A stretch of 64,000 nucleotides of DNA from an uncultured Gammaproteobacteria bacterium (GTDB taxonomy: Bacteria; Patescibacteriota; Microgenomatia; Daviesbacterales; UBA10151). The number at the start of each line of letters is the position of its first letter. The first letter of the stretch is position 1. The DNA lies in NCBI GenBank assembly GCA_964392925.1, contig CAYMRP010000001.1, positions 165,585 through 229,584 of the forward strand, written 5' to 3'. This document shows, in pieces, positions 19,773-28,615 of the stretch. The position numbers and the translations under genes are program-made. A model generated the notes under the pieces. That model ran no database searches and had not been told where the DNA came from. It was given only the letters and a program-made list of their open reading frames with translations.

Positions 19773-19773
19773 G

Positions 19774-19843
19774 TTCAGGATGAACGATTAAGGATTAATG
19801 AATTCGAAAAATCTTTAATCTTGAATCTTTAATCATTAATCCT
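19774..19843. repeat. Inverted pair of degenerate heptamer arrays
   Basis: TTCAGGA TGAACGA TTAAGGA TTAATGA, spacer, TCTTTAA TCTTGAA TCTTTAA TCATTAA. Confidence 0.7.
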
Positions 19844-19856
19844 CTAGAATCTGTTT

Positions 19857-20468
19857 GTGGTATTCGCAGACTTCTCAGTAGAAACACCTCTTTGGTCCCA
19901 AGGCATGAATTTAATTTGTGGTATTGATGAAGTCGGCCGCGGCTGCTTTGCTGGACCCGTTGTCGCTGGTGCTGTAATTTTCCCAAATGGCGCTAAATTA
20001 ATAGAAGGCATCGCTGATTCGAAGTTATTAACCCCAAAAAAACGGGTTGAACTTGCCAAAAGAATAAAAGACAAAGCCTCAGCTTGGGCTATTGGTGAAA
20101 TCTCAGTTCCCGATATTAATCAATTTGGAATTGGCAACGCCACTCAAATGGCCTTCTCTAAAGCCGTTGAAAACTTAGGCAAAGCTGCCGATTATTTTCT
20201 AATTGATGCATTCTACGTAAAAACTCTTGATAAGCTAAAACAACAGCCTATTCCCGGAGGTGACCGCATCTCGGCTTCAATAGCCGCAGCCTCAATTGTC
20301 GCCAAGGTCTATCGAGACGAGCTAATGCAAAAACTCCACTTAGATTTTCCAGACTATGGTTTTGATAAACATAAAGGCTACGGTACTAGCTTCCACCGCC
20401 AGATGATTAAAAAATTCGGCCTCTCAACTCTCCACCGCAAATCCTTCAAACTAGACAAATTTTTGTAG
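19857..20468 (+). CDS. rnhB: Ribonuclease HII
   Basis: GIDEVGRG, DSKLL, IAAASIVAKV.RD, HKGYGT. Confidence 0.97.
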   Translation: MVFADFSVETPLWSQGMNLICGIDEVGRGCFAGPVVAGAVIFPNGAKLIEGIADSKLLTPKKRVELAKRIKDKASAWAIGEISVPDINQFGIGNATQMAFSKAVENLGKAADYFLIDAFYVKTLDKLKQQPIPGGDRISASIAAASIVAKVYRDELMQKLHLDFPDYGFDKHKGYGTSFHRQMIKKFGLSTLHRKSFKLDKFL

Positions 20469-20470
20469 CC

Positions 20471-20568
20471 TGTCATCGTCGCAAATGCGGGAAAGTATCA
20501 TTCCAGCGAAGGCTGGAAGATTTTTAATTGGATCCCTGCCTGCGAAGGGATGACGATTGAGGATGACA
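20471..20568. repeat. Nested gene-less doublet of the GTCAT..ATGAC palindromic repeat
   Basis: TATCAT-TCCAGC-GAAG-GCTGGA (from 20496) facing TTGGAT-CCCTGC-CTGC-GAAGGG-ATGACG (20528-20555); degenerate outer ends at 20471 and 20561-20568. Confidence 0.75.
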
Positions 20569-20571
20569 AGT

Positions 20572-20949
20572 ATGTCTACTTTTAATAAAGAACAAGGCAA
20601 ATACGGAGAAGACTTAGCCTGCAAATACCTTGCAGGTTTAGATTACGAAATTATCGAGCGCAACTACTTAATCAGGGGCGGAGAAATTGATATTGTAGCC
20701 AGAGAGGGGGACACCACTGTTATCATCGAAGTTAAACTTCGCCAAGGAGACCAATATGGCTCAGCGATTGAATCTATCACTCCCTCAAAAATTAAATTTC
20801 TAATAAGAACCACCAAGGTTTATGCGCTGGAGAAAAATATCAAAGGCGGTTTACGGATTGATTTAATAGCAATTGATTTTAAAAGCGGTAAACTCGAAAT
20901 AGAACATATCAAAGATATTACCGAAGGCTATAGTTCAACAAACTGGTGA
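20572..20949 (+). CDS. YraN family endonuclease (track start 20557)
   Basis: GEDLA..YL, ERNY...GEIDIVA, IEVK.R, RIDLI. Confidence 0.9.
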   Translation: MSTFNKEQGKYGEDLACKYLAGLDYEIIERNYLIRGGEIDIVAREGDTTVIIEVKLRQGDQYGSAIESITPSKIKFLIRTTKVYALEKNIKGGLRIDLIAIDFKSGKLEIEHIKDITEGYSSTNW

Positions 20950-21073
20950 CCTTTACTTTTCGAAATGAGCCTGCTCATGAGAAAATACATTAGGTATTTT
21001 CTCGCTCCGCTCGAAAAATATAAGGTGCAATTTTTGAAACTAGAGGCTAAATAGGGTATAATATACAACTGCT

Positions 21074-21574
21074 ATGAGACCTGAAGCTGTTAAAGCTAAA
21101 ATTAACTCAGAAGTATATCCCAATAATCCGGGGCCCAATTTTAGTAATCCAAGAGACACATTTCTAAGAGAAAATGCACTAAATCTATCCGGATCTAAAC
21201 CTCTAATAATTAATCCTGAAGCTAAATCCTTTGCCTCAGCCGGAAAATATCCTTTTATTAGACCAATAAATGCTGAAGTTTTTACTCAGACTGCACCTGA
21301 AAAGTCTGTAATTGATCAGGTGAAAGATTCCGAAACCTACAATCCTTCTAAACGCTCAAGAGAGCTAACCAGAACCGAAAAAGGCAAACTAATTATCTTT
21401 AAACGCAAACGCCCCAGCCGCTGCGATAACTCCCACGATCCTGAAACTGATCCTTGCGGCAGCCCAAGATGCAAAACAAAAGGCCGAAGGAAGGTTCTAA
21501 AAGAAAACGCACCAGATAAAAGACGAAAAGCCCGAAGCAGAGTTGTATTTGGCTCCCCTAAGAAAATAAAGTAA
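21074..21574 (+). CDS. Hypothetical protein with basic C-terminus and C-x3-H-x6-C-x4-C cluster
   Basis: 166-aa ORF with TATAAT upstream; CDNSHDPETDPCGSPRC. Confidence 0.6.
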   Translation: MRPEAVKAKINSEVYPNNPGPNFSNPRDTFLRENALNLSGSKPLIINPEAKSFASAGKYPFIRPINAEVFTQTAPEKSVIDQVKDSETYNPSKRSRELTRTEKGKLIIFKRKRPSRCDNSHDPETDPCGSPRCKTKGRRKVLKENAPDKRRKARSRVVFGSPKKIK

Positions 21575-21629
21575 TATTACGCTCAGATTAGTTCTTGCTA
21601 ACAATCTTTAAAAGGTTCAATATGTTTCT

Positions 21630-22043
21630 ATGATAGTCAAAATTGAAGGCGCAGAACCCGGATATAAAGGCTTAAAAGAATTCACTACTGGTCAGAGGAT
21701 TATTGATATATCACTTCCAACTGACAGTTTACCCGATGATATAAAACTGAAAGGATTCTCTGTGGACAGGCATCGCTTCCCCGGAGGATTAAGCTTATTC
21801 ATAGCAGCTATGACTTTAGAGATAGGTGAGCGTAATTTGATAATGACAGGGTCGCCTCGCACAAAAAATGCAGATGCAGAGCCACAGGTAATTTTTGGCT
21901 CCCACTTTCAGGGAAAGTCTATACCGGCTGTTCTTAGACACGAAAATATGCCCTATAACGGCACAATTATTTTCCCCAAGAACACAGTTTCAACGGAGAG
22001 TGTGGATGTGAGGTTTGTGAAACAATTTAAGTGGCCTGTTTAA
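21630..22043 (+). CDS. Hypothetical orphan protein
   Basis: 137-aa ORF, no motif recognised. Confidence 0.6.
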   Translation: MIVKIEGAEPGYKGLKEFTTGQRIIDISLPTDSLPDDIKLKGFSVDRHRFPGGLSLFIAAMTLEIGERNLIMTGSPRTKNADAEPQVIFGSHFQGKSIPAVLRHENMPYNGTIIFPKNTVSTESVDVRFVKQFKWPV

Positions 22044-22056
22044 GAGGTATTCAAAC

Positions 22057-22269
22057 TCAAGAAGTGCCGTATTTTTCATCGACTTCAGCTTTTTCCTGCT
22101 CAGCTGCAGCCTCAGCATCTGCTTGAACTGTATCAGCCTCAGCCTTTAAATTATCAGCCGTAGTCTGTAAATCAGCTGCCGCTCCGCTATCATCCAGCGT
22201 CGCTGCTGTTTGCTCAATCTGAGCCGCTTCATCTCTTTTATTATCTGCCTCTTCTACATTAGGTTCCAT
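22057..22269 (-). CDS. Small acidic Ala-rich helical protein (paralog of 22335-22565)
   Basis: MEPN.EEAD.K..EA...E ... A.NL. Confidence 0.65.
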   Translation of the reverse strand: MEPNVEEADNKRDEAAQIEQTAATLDDSGAAADLQTTADNLKAEADTVQADAEAAAEQEKAEVDEKYGTS

Positions 22270-22334
22270 ATTTGTATATATTATTCCTTTCCTGAAAAAA
22301 TAAAGTTAATAAATAGTAAGAAAAAAGTAAGCTT

Positions 22335-22565
22335 TTAGCCTCCGTTTTGCATAGCTGCTTTATTGTGATCCGCAACATTAGCCTCATTAATTTGGGATTC
22401 AGTATCAATCTTTTGCTGTTCAGCAGTCTCCCTTAAATTATTAGCACTTTCATTTAACTCAGAAGCGGTCTTTTCATTGCCCTGATTCCTCATATTCTCT
22501 CCTGTAGCCTCCACCTCTTCGGCTTCCATAAGTTTTTGATCTGCTTCCTGTTCATTAGGGTCCAT
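22335..22565 (-). CDS. Small acidic helical protein (paralog of 22057-22269)
   Basis: MDPN.QEAD.K..EA...E ... A.NL. Confidence 0.65.
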   Translation of the reverse strand: MDPNEQEADQKLMEAEEVEATGENMRNQGNEKTASELNESANNLRETAEQQKIDTESQINEANVADHNKAAMQNGG

Positions 22566-22630
22566 AGTTGAATACTAAATGATAGGGATAAATAAATTGC
22601 AAAAAATAAGTAAGGGAAAAGTTAGAAATT

Positions 22631-23266
22631 TTACTCTACAACCTCTTCACCTTCAAAAATAACCTCTTCCCCCGAAGATGCCCCTGCAGCTGCGGTCTGA
22701 GTAGTCGTATTCTCAGGTGCCGCAAAAGCAAATTCTCCTGTTACCTTTTGATAAACTTCCATCCAAAACATCTCTTCAACCAGAGGCATTTCTACCGTAA
22801 ATAAAATCCCTTGATCCAAAGCGCCTAACATCAAACGATCTGTTGTTCTGACTTCAAAAGCCTTCAATTCTCCTAATTTCTTTTCAGCCGGAACTGTTCC
22901 TTCCGGCAATCCCTGATCCTTAATCCATTCCTGAATATTCTTAAATTTACTATCTACAATCCTCAAATTCAAACTGCCGCTTTTATCTTTGGAAAATAAC
23001 TGCAAATCCGCATACGCATCGGGATCAACAACTGTATCTACCTCCGAAGCCCTATTAGAAATAGAAACATTATCCGGATAACTAAAACTAAATCCCGCCG
23101 GATCGCTATAATCAATAAAAGTTTTGGAGGGCACAACTTCCTTAAGTGTCTCTAAAGATGCATCACTCAAAGGCTTTAAATTTTTAGGCTGAGTAAATAT
23201 ATATAATCCCGCCCCAGCAACTAAAACCACTACTACAACTACTAAACTAAGCGTTTTTGTATTCAC
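22631..23266 (-). CDS. Membrane-anchored hypothetical protein, PsbP-like fold possible
   Basis: N-terminal TM, YSDPAGFSFSYP motif. Confidence 0.65.
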   Translation of the reverse strand: MNTKTLSLVVVVVVLVAGAGLYIFTQPKNLKPLSDASLETLKEVVPSKTFIDYSDPAGFSFSYPDNVSISNRASEVDTVVDPDAYADLQLFSKDKSGSLNLRIVDSKFKNIQEWIKDQGLPEGTVPAEKKLGELKAFEVRTTDRLMLGALDQGILFTVEMPLVEEMFWMEVYQKVTGEFAFAAPENTTTQTAAAGASSGEEVIFEGEEVVE

Positions 23267-23281
23267 AAAAATTAGTATATC

Positions 23282-23740
23282 ATGGTATTCTTTACAAACA
23301 TGAAATTTCTGTCGATGCTTCTTCTAATTCTTTTTTCGCTATTTATATTACCTATCAATGTTGAAGCTAAAGTTCTACCTCAAGCTGGGAAATCAGGCAC
23401 TAAAGCAGTAGTCCGCTCCGGTGGAGGAACTACAATCGGTGTTTATCCGCGCCTCAGAGCCGACAAAAAAGCAGTCATCGTTAATTTCTCCAATCTCCAA
23501 AACGCCAAACTGGTAGCCTATTCACTAATTTATTCCCACGGCGCAGCTGGTCAACAGGAAGGTGCAGGCGGCGGACTTGTCTTAGGCGGCAAATCAAACG
23601 ACACAGCCGAACTTCTATTCGGTACATGCTCCAACAAAGTCTGTCGATATCACACCGGAATTAAAGACGCGAGACTCGAAGTTTCCTATACCTCAACAAA
23701 CGGCAAAAAATACCTCAAAAAATTCAAAATAAAAATCTAA
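23282..23740 (+). CDS. Secreted basic hypothetical protein
   Basis: Signal peptide ending VEA; GTCSNKVCRYH. Confidence 0.7.
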   Translation: MVFFTNMKFLSMLLLILFSLFILPINVEAKVLPQAGKSGTKAVVRSGGGTTIGVYPRLRADKKAVIVNFSNLQNAKLVAYSLIYSHGAAGQQEGAGGGLVLGGKSNDTAELLFGTCSNKVCRYHTGIKDARLEVSYTSTNGKKYLKKFKIKI

Positions 23741-23746
23741 TTAACC

Positions 23747-24229
23747 ATGTCCAAACTTAGCTACCATAAAAAAGACATCTCATTGACTGGGGTGATCTGG
23801 GCGGGAATCCTCACTTCTATTGGAATATTAATGTTCCAAAACCGCGCATACATCACACTTTTTAACATTGAAGAATCCCAATGGGGATTCTTATTCAGAA
23901 TCTTCATGATTAAGTATTATTATGTAGGATTTTCTTTCGGTCTGATATTTGCAGCAATCTTAATCCTCTACAACTCAATTAAATGGGGTCTTCCTAAGGG
24001 TTTAAGGGTACCAATTGATAGTGGAGTTGCCTCATTGGGAAAACAGCGTAGAGACATGCAGGAACGCCAGTATAAAGTAACTTTTAAATCACTAATGATA
24101 TTTATTATTCTAATTCTCTTCTTCATTTTCCTATTCAGCAGCCTGGAGATCTTGGGGATCGCTAGCATGGCGGATTTCGTTTACGATTCAGATACTTTTT
24201 TCAAGGGAGTAGAAACTAGAAATCGTTAG
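23747..24229 (+). CDS. 3-TM membrane hypothetical protein
   Basis: Three hydrophobic segments. Confidence 0.6.
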   Translation: MSKLSYHKKDISLTGVIWAGILTSIGILMFQNRAYITLFNIEESQWGFLFRIFMIKYYYVGFSFGLIFAAILILYNSIKWGLPKGLRVPIDSGVASLGKQRRDMQERQYKVTFKSLMIFIILILFFIFLFSSLEILGIASMADFVYDSDTFFKGVETRNR

Positions 24230-24260
24230 GATTCTTCTGGATGAATGTTGTGATTGGGAT

Positions 24261-24288
24261 AAAAACCAGCCCTAGAGGCTGGTTTTTT
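24261..24288. terminator. Bidirectional intrinsic terminator
   Basis: AAAAACCAGCC-CTAGA-GGCTGGTTTTTT between a convergent CDS and tRNA-Lys. Confidence 0.85.
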
Positions 24289-24293
24289 AAATG

Positions 24294-24365
24294 TGATCCG
24301 ACTGGGATTCGAACCCAGGACCAAAAGCTTAAAAGGCTTCTGCTCTACCGCTGAGCTATCGGACC
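24294..24365 (-). tRNA. tRNA-Lys(TTT)
   Basis: GGTCCGA/TCGGATC acceptor, GAAGC-CTTTTAA-GCTTT anticodon arm, CTGGG-TTCGAAT-CCCAG, A73. Confidence 0.96.
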
Positions 24366-24531
24366 ATCGGAGCAAACTTCCTTATAAGTCGATGCTGAAA
24401 GCATCGCAATACAAATAGAGTTTGCGAGATCGCTTGCAAATTGCTTTAGCAATTTGACAAGGGGCGGAGAAGCTTCACTCACGCCAATGCCAATTATACT
24501 TGTTATGAGGCTGAAATATCAACCAAACACA

Positions 24532-24557
24532 GAAAAAGCCCCTCACGGGGCTTTTTC
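24532..24557. terminator. Bidirectional intrinsic terminator
   Basis: GAAAAAGCCCC-TCAC-GGGGCTTTTTC. Confidence 0.85.
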
Positions 24558-24655
24558 CCTTCTCGCCATACAAAGAATTATTGCTAAATCTTCGTACATA
24601 AACAAACTGAGACAGTCAGAATATGTTTTAGCGAGAAATCCAATTTACATTGGAC
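24532..24655 (-). ncRNA. Candidate ~125-nt structured small RNA
   Basis: TTGACG-N17-TATTTT promoter (24688-24660), hairpin UCCAAU/AUUGGA, three-way junction closed by UUCUCGC/GCGAGAA, terminator. Confidence 0.4.
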
Positions 24656-24836
24656 TATTAAAATAGCGATTTTCACGAAAAACGTCAACTAATCGGCTTT
24701 ATATAAAACATGATCAAAGTGCAGCTAAACTAAACATTAGACTAATTCATTCATATTTGGTAAAATTTACAGGCTCAATCGCTCCGCGCTTTATCTAGGG
24801 TTGTCAGCCCTGATCTGAAAACAGATTTAAAAAATA

Positions 24837-24978
24837 GAGCCGCGTCTAGTATGAAGTGCCAGACGACAATTACGAGCCGCGTTCGGCATTAGAGTGTGGA
24901 GTTGCTCTTTGACAACGATCTAAAGAGCAAACGAAACACTCGCAGACGAAAAGCGGCGAATGGAGCGAAGCGCAATGA
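24837..24978 (+). repeat. Two hairpin units starting with copies of the tRNA-Glu 5' end
   Basis: GAGCCGCGT (24837-24845) and GAGCCGCGTTCG (24874-24885) equal 24977-24988. Confidence 0.7.
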
Positions 24979-25051
24979 GCCGCGTTCGTCTAGTGGTTAG
25001 GACGCTGGGTTTTCATCCCAGTAATCACGGGTTCGACTCCCGTACGCGGTA
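24979..25051 (+). tRNA. tRNA-Glu(TTC)
   Basis: GCCGCGT/ACGCGGT acceptor, CTGGG-TTTTCAT-CCCAG anticodon arm, ACGGG-TTCGACT-CCCGT. Confidence 0.96.
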
Positions 25052-25107
25052 CAAGTTTAAAGTCCTATAGTTTGATAAATCCACTTTTGTTTGGTAAAAT
25101 TCATCAC

Positions 25108-25653
25108 ATGAGTGAGTTCTACATTCCAACAGCTAGTGAGCAATTAAGCCTCCCGAGGAGTGGCCTAATTAAGGTTACCCATTCATTTGCCAGAAGAGTT
25201 CGTTCTCTTGTGCAAAGGAAGGGGATAGAATTTTCCGACTCAAAATCCAGAACTAAATCAGAAAAAAGAATGGTAGCCAAAATTAATGCCAGAGGAGGCA
25301 GGCCGCTTGCTGATATTCATGGAATACTCTTTGTAATGGATGAGGATTCTTTCGATCCGGCCTTTGACTTATTAAGACAGGAATACCCCACACCTGATTT
25401 ATTCCCGTCAGGGATGGCGACCAAAAGGGATCGCCGTGATCCGGAAATTAGACGAAGTATAAATTCAGCCAGTGATGACAGGTTCCGTCCCGTGATCTTT
25501 AATCTTTTAATTCCTAATGGAGCCAGGATTGCTGAAGTTCAACTGATGACTCCTGAAACATACCAAATAGGCCGTGAAACCAGATCTCAATATGTGTGGA
25601 CTCAGCAATTTCTAAATCGTAATTTTCAGTACCCTACTAATAATTTAAGATAA
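25108..25653 (+). CDS. Divergent RelA/SpoT synthetase-domain (small alarmone synthetase-like) protein (track start 25072)
   Basis: RTKS..RM..K, LADIHG, AEVQLMT resemble the RxKxxxSxxxK, DxxGxR and ExQxRT motifs. Confidence 0.55.
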   Translation: MSEFYIPTASEQLSLPRSGLIKVTHSFARRVRSLVQRKGIEFSDSKSRTKSEKRMVAKINARGGRPLADIHGILFVMDEDSFDPAFDLLRQEYPTPDLFPSGMATKRDRRDPEIRRSINSASDDRFRPVIFNLLIPNGARIAEVQLMTPETYQIGRETRSQYVWTQQFLNRNFQYPTNNLR

Positions 25654-25726
25654 GACCTATATATTCTTTCTATATATTGACAGAGCGTTCCATTTTGTGG
25701 TTATCTGTTACTTGCATTTATAGGAT

Positions 25727-27655
25727 ATGATAATAAAAATTCTATTTTTTCTGGTCTTAACCATAATTTCCGGCTGTATCTTTTCTAATACTCTAAAAGT
25801 TGGTGCTACAGAAGATCCGCAGCCTTGGGATGGTGTTCCTGATTTGCCAATTAATTACACAGAAGATGCTCTGACTTGGTGGAGTAAACATCCTTTTAAT
25901 AAGGAGTCAGTAAATTTTAGGCCAGAAATTACCTCTCCTGCGAATCAAATCAATGTCTTAACTGAATATAATGGAGATATTCAAGCTGCGATCAACGCAC
26001 TTCCGCTTACCGGAGGCACGCTTATGCTTCCTGAGGCAAGTTACAGTGGTACTTTTAATCTGATAGATCGCGACAATATTCATTTTATTGGTGAAGGAAA
26101 TCCAGTATTAAATTTGACTGGAGAAATAATTATTGCCGGCTGTCAAATGTCGACTATTTATGCAGATATTAGTGCTCAAGTTGCAGCTAAAAATCCTACA
26201 GCTGTTGAATGTATAACTACTGGAAGAACTAAAAATATTTATTTTAAGAATCTAACTTTTGATGGAATGAATACCCAACTTCAGGCGATGTCGATTTCAG
26301 CTTCTAAAGATATTGTATTTGATACTGTTACATTTCAAAACTTTGTTGATCCAAAAACTCATCACCGTGGGCTCGTTTCTGGTAATGCTGTACTTGATAA
26401 TATTTGGTTTAGAAATGTTCGTTTTGCTGGAAAAGAAAGATATGCCCTGTATCTTGATGGATTGCATGGGGGAGGTGTGATTGATTCACAAATTGAGGGA
26501 CCTTTCGGTTCTGGTGGTTTACTATTTTTGACTAATGATGATTTGTCCCGGGACTATAACAATAATGGTTCATTAGAGATGGGAGAGCTTCGAACAGCAA
26601 ATCATGTTGCTGTAGCGTATAACACATTTAGCGGATATTTATATAACGGCATAGCTATTATGGGCCGTGATTCAATTGTTTATAAAAACACTATGCTTGC
26701 CACTATAGGTAATGCTTTTGTTTCAATCGAATCTAAGAGTTCTCATGTAGACCGTAATCTAATATATAAGTATGTCGGGAATATGGTTATTAACAACAAA
26801 GTAAAAAATGTAAAATACTTTACTCAAGTATTTGCCTCTCCAACATGTCCGTTAAGAACTAACTGTGCTGTTCAGGGTCAATATACAATTAAAGATAATC
26901 TAATAGAGAATGCTTCTAATTTTTTGCAGCTGGTTCGTGAAAGTAATACCTCATTCGGAACTGTAAGTGGTCCGAATGTTGTTTCAGGCAACTGCGTTAA
27001 TGATTTAAATTGTGTTATTAATGAAGCTTCAGCTTCGGCAACACCAGTTCCAACTTTTGAACCATCTCCAACTCCTTCAGTTATGCCTGAGCCGAACATT
27101 GAACCTACACCATTACCTACTCCTGAGCCGTCACCAACTCCTAACCCAACACCAGTACCAACTCCAACTCCTACTCCTATGCCTTCAAATTCTCCAGTTC
27201 CTTCTGCTAATAACTTGATCATTAATGGCTCATTCGAGTTGGGAGCCGGTGCGCCTTGGGGGTTGAATAAGACTGTTATAGATAGCAGCATAGCTCAAAG
27301 CGGAAGTAAAAGTTTGTTAATTAACGGACCCTCAGATCTCTACACAAGACAGGATTTAACATTAAAACCTAATACAACATACAGCATGTCTTATTGGGCT
27401 AAAACTGCAAACACCACTGCTAAGGGAATTACCATGAGAATGGTTCAATTGAAACCAACAACAAAGATTTTATCGTTAGGAACTTATATTAACGGCACTA
27501 CAGACTGGATGTATCAAACTCAATCCTTTATAACTCCAGCAAATTATATTGGAGGACGAGTTGATGTTCTATTTACTTTAAATGCTGGTGAGCGTGCTTG
27601 GATTGATAATATAAAATTGTGCGAAGGTCCGCTTAGCTGCTTGGATTCAATCTAA
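25727..27655 (+). CDS. Secreted beta-helix (pectin-lyase-like) protein with Pro/Thr linker and CBM4/9-like domain
   Basis: Signal peptide, [14 protein letters not shown], Asn-rich beta-helix repeats, (PT)n linker, [15 protein letters not shown]. Confidence 0.75.
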   Translation: MIIKILFFLVLTIISGCIFSNTLKVGATEDPQPWDGVPDLPINYTEDALTWWSKHPFNKESVNFRPEITSPANQINVLTEYNGDIQAAINALPLTGGTLMLPEASYSGTFNLIDRDNIHFIGEGNPVLNLTGEIIIAGCQMSTIYADISAQVAAKNPTAVECITTGRTKNIYFKNLTFDGMNTQLQAMSISASKDIVFDTVTFQNFVDPKTHHRGLVSGNAVLDNIWFRNVRFAGKERYALYLDGLHGGGVIDSQIEGPFGSGGLLFLTNDDLSRDYNNNGSLEMGELRTANHVAVAYNTFSGYLYNGIAIMGRDSIVYKNTMLATIGNAFVSIESKSSHVDRNLIYKYVGNMVINNKVKNVKYFTQVFASPTCPLRTNCAVQGQYTIKDNLIENASNFLQLVRESNTSFGTVSGPNVVSGNCVNDLNCVINEASASATPVPTFEPSPTPSVMPEPNIEPTPLPTPEPSPTPNPTPVPTPTPTPMPSNSPVPSANNLIINGSFELGAGAPWGLNKTVIDSSIAQSGSKSLLINGPSDLYTRQDLTLKPNTTYSMSYWAKTANTTAKGITMRMVQLKPTTKILSLGTYINGTTDWMYQTQSFITPANYIGGRVDVLFTLNAGERAWIDNIKLCEGPLSCLDSI

Positions 27656-27690
27656 TTATTTAATACTCAATATATTGGTATAATTATCAG

Positions 27691-27897
27691 ATAGACCCTA
27701 ATTTAATTCCTGGAAGCACAGCTCCTACCCAACAACCAAAAGATCTAAAAACCCAATTAACGGAAACCTCTAATGATTTCATAAAAGATAATTATGAAGG
27801 CTTTCTTCATAAACTAATTGGCATTATGTTTTCTATTCTAAAATTTATTAAAAACAGCCTTATAAGTATGATTAATATGGCAATGGGAAAAGGTTAA
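27691..27897 (+). CDS. Uncalled 68-codon ORF beginning with ATA
   Basis: TATAAT (27679-27684), 6 nt, then ATA GAC CCT AAT; frame open to TAA abutting the next gene. Confidence 0.45.
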   Translation: MDPNLIPGSTAPTQQPKDLKTQLTETSNDFIKDNYEGFLHKLIGIMFSILKFIKNSLISMINMAMGKG

Positions 27898-28497
27898 TTA
27901 GCAGGAAGCAGAAGGAATTTCAATTGAAACCTGATTAAATCCAAGCGCCATCAAAAAAGCCGTTAGTTGTTTTCTAGCATTATCACTAGCCTGCTGTAAA
28001 ATCCCTCCTTCGCACGCCGCATCTCTAATCGATTTCTCAGCCGCTTCCCGGGCTTTAGTCTCCAAATCCTTATCTCCTGGATTCAAAATGCCTTTTGAAC
28101 GGTCATATACTTTAGTTTGAGTATTATCAAGCGTCGCCACCAAAATCTGCGGCGCAGGCAAAGACAGCCTAATATTAGTGCCTTCGATCGTAACATCCTT
28201 CTCAGACAACTGTGATAAATCAAATCCGGCTATAACCTGACCGTGAGCAATTAATAATATTTTATCCCCAAAAAGAAATTGTTTAAAAACATTAGTTTCA
28301 GCAGTCCCGCCATCAATAATCTTCTCAATCGTAAATGAAGCTGTTTCCATCCGCTGCAAACTCCGCATTTCTTTGATTACCGCTGCACGATCTGTATTAA
28401 GTTTGATTCCTGAATCCCCAAACCAGTAATACCCCAAAGCTCCCACCACAACGAAAAGTATTATGAAGAATATTAAAGTAACCCTGTTGAAAAACAT
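27898..28497 (-). CDS. DUF4230 family protein
   Basis: N-terminal TM, G.V.AGFDLS, LP.PQI, GIL..A..NA. Confidence 0.85.
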   Translation of the reverse strand: MFFNRVTLIFFIILFVVVGALGYYWFGDSGIKLNTDRAAVIKEMRSLQRMETASFTIEKIIDGGTAETNVFKQFLFGDKILLIAHGQVIAGFDLSQLSEKDVTIEGTNIRLSLPAPQILVATLDNTQTKVYDRSKGILNPGDKDLETKAREAAEKSIRDAACEGGILQQASDNARKQLTAFLMALGFNQVSIEIPSASC

Positions 28498-28615
28498 TAT
28501 CTATTTAGTCTAGCACAACCATCTTTATCGAAGTATTTTATCTAATTTTTACTATATCCTATAAGTATATCTTTATCTTTTTAGATGATGTATAATTACT
28601 CTTCGTGCGTACAGT

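Noticed and set aside
20964-21020. Hairpins ATGAGC/GCTCAT and GAGAAAATAC/GTATTTTCTC after yraN
   Set aside because: Single short instance; cannot distinguish a weak terminator from a repeat remnant
24454-24666. 70-aa ORF between the tRNAs
   Set aside because: TTG start, runs through a terminator and the tRNA-Lys promoter, no motif
25079-25100. LexA box upstream of the SAS-like gene
   Set aside because: Only one half-site (TTTGG); better explained as an extended -10 TGGTAAAAT
27030-27210. Hexamer-like DNA repeat
   Set aside because: Explained by the Pro/Thr protein linker
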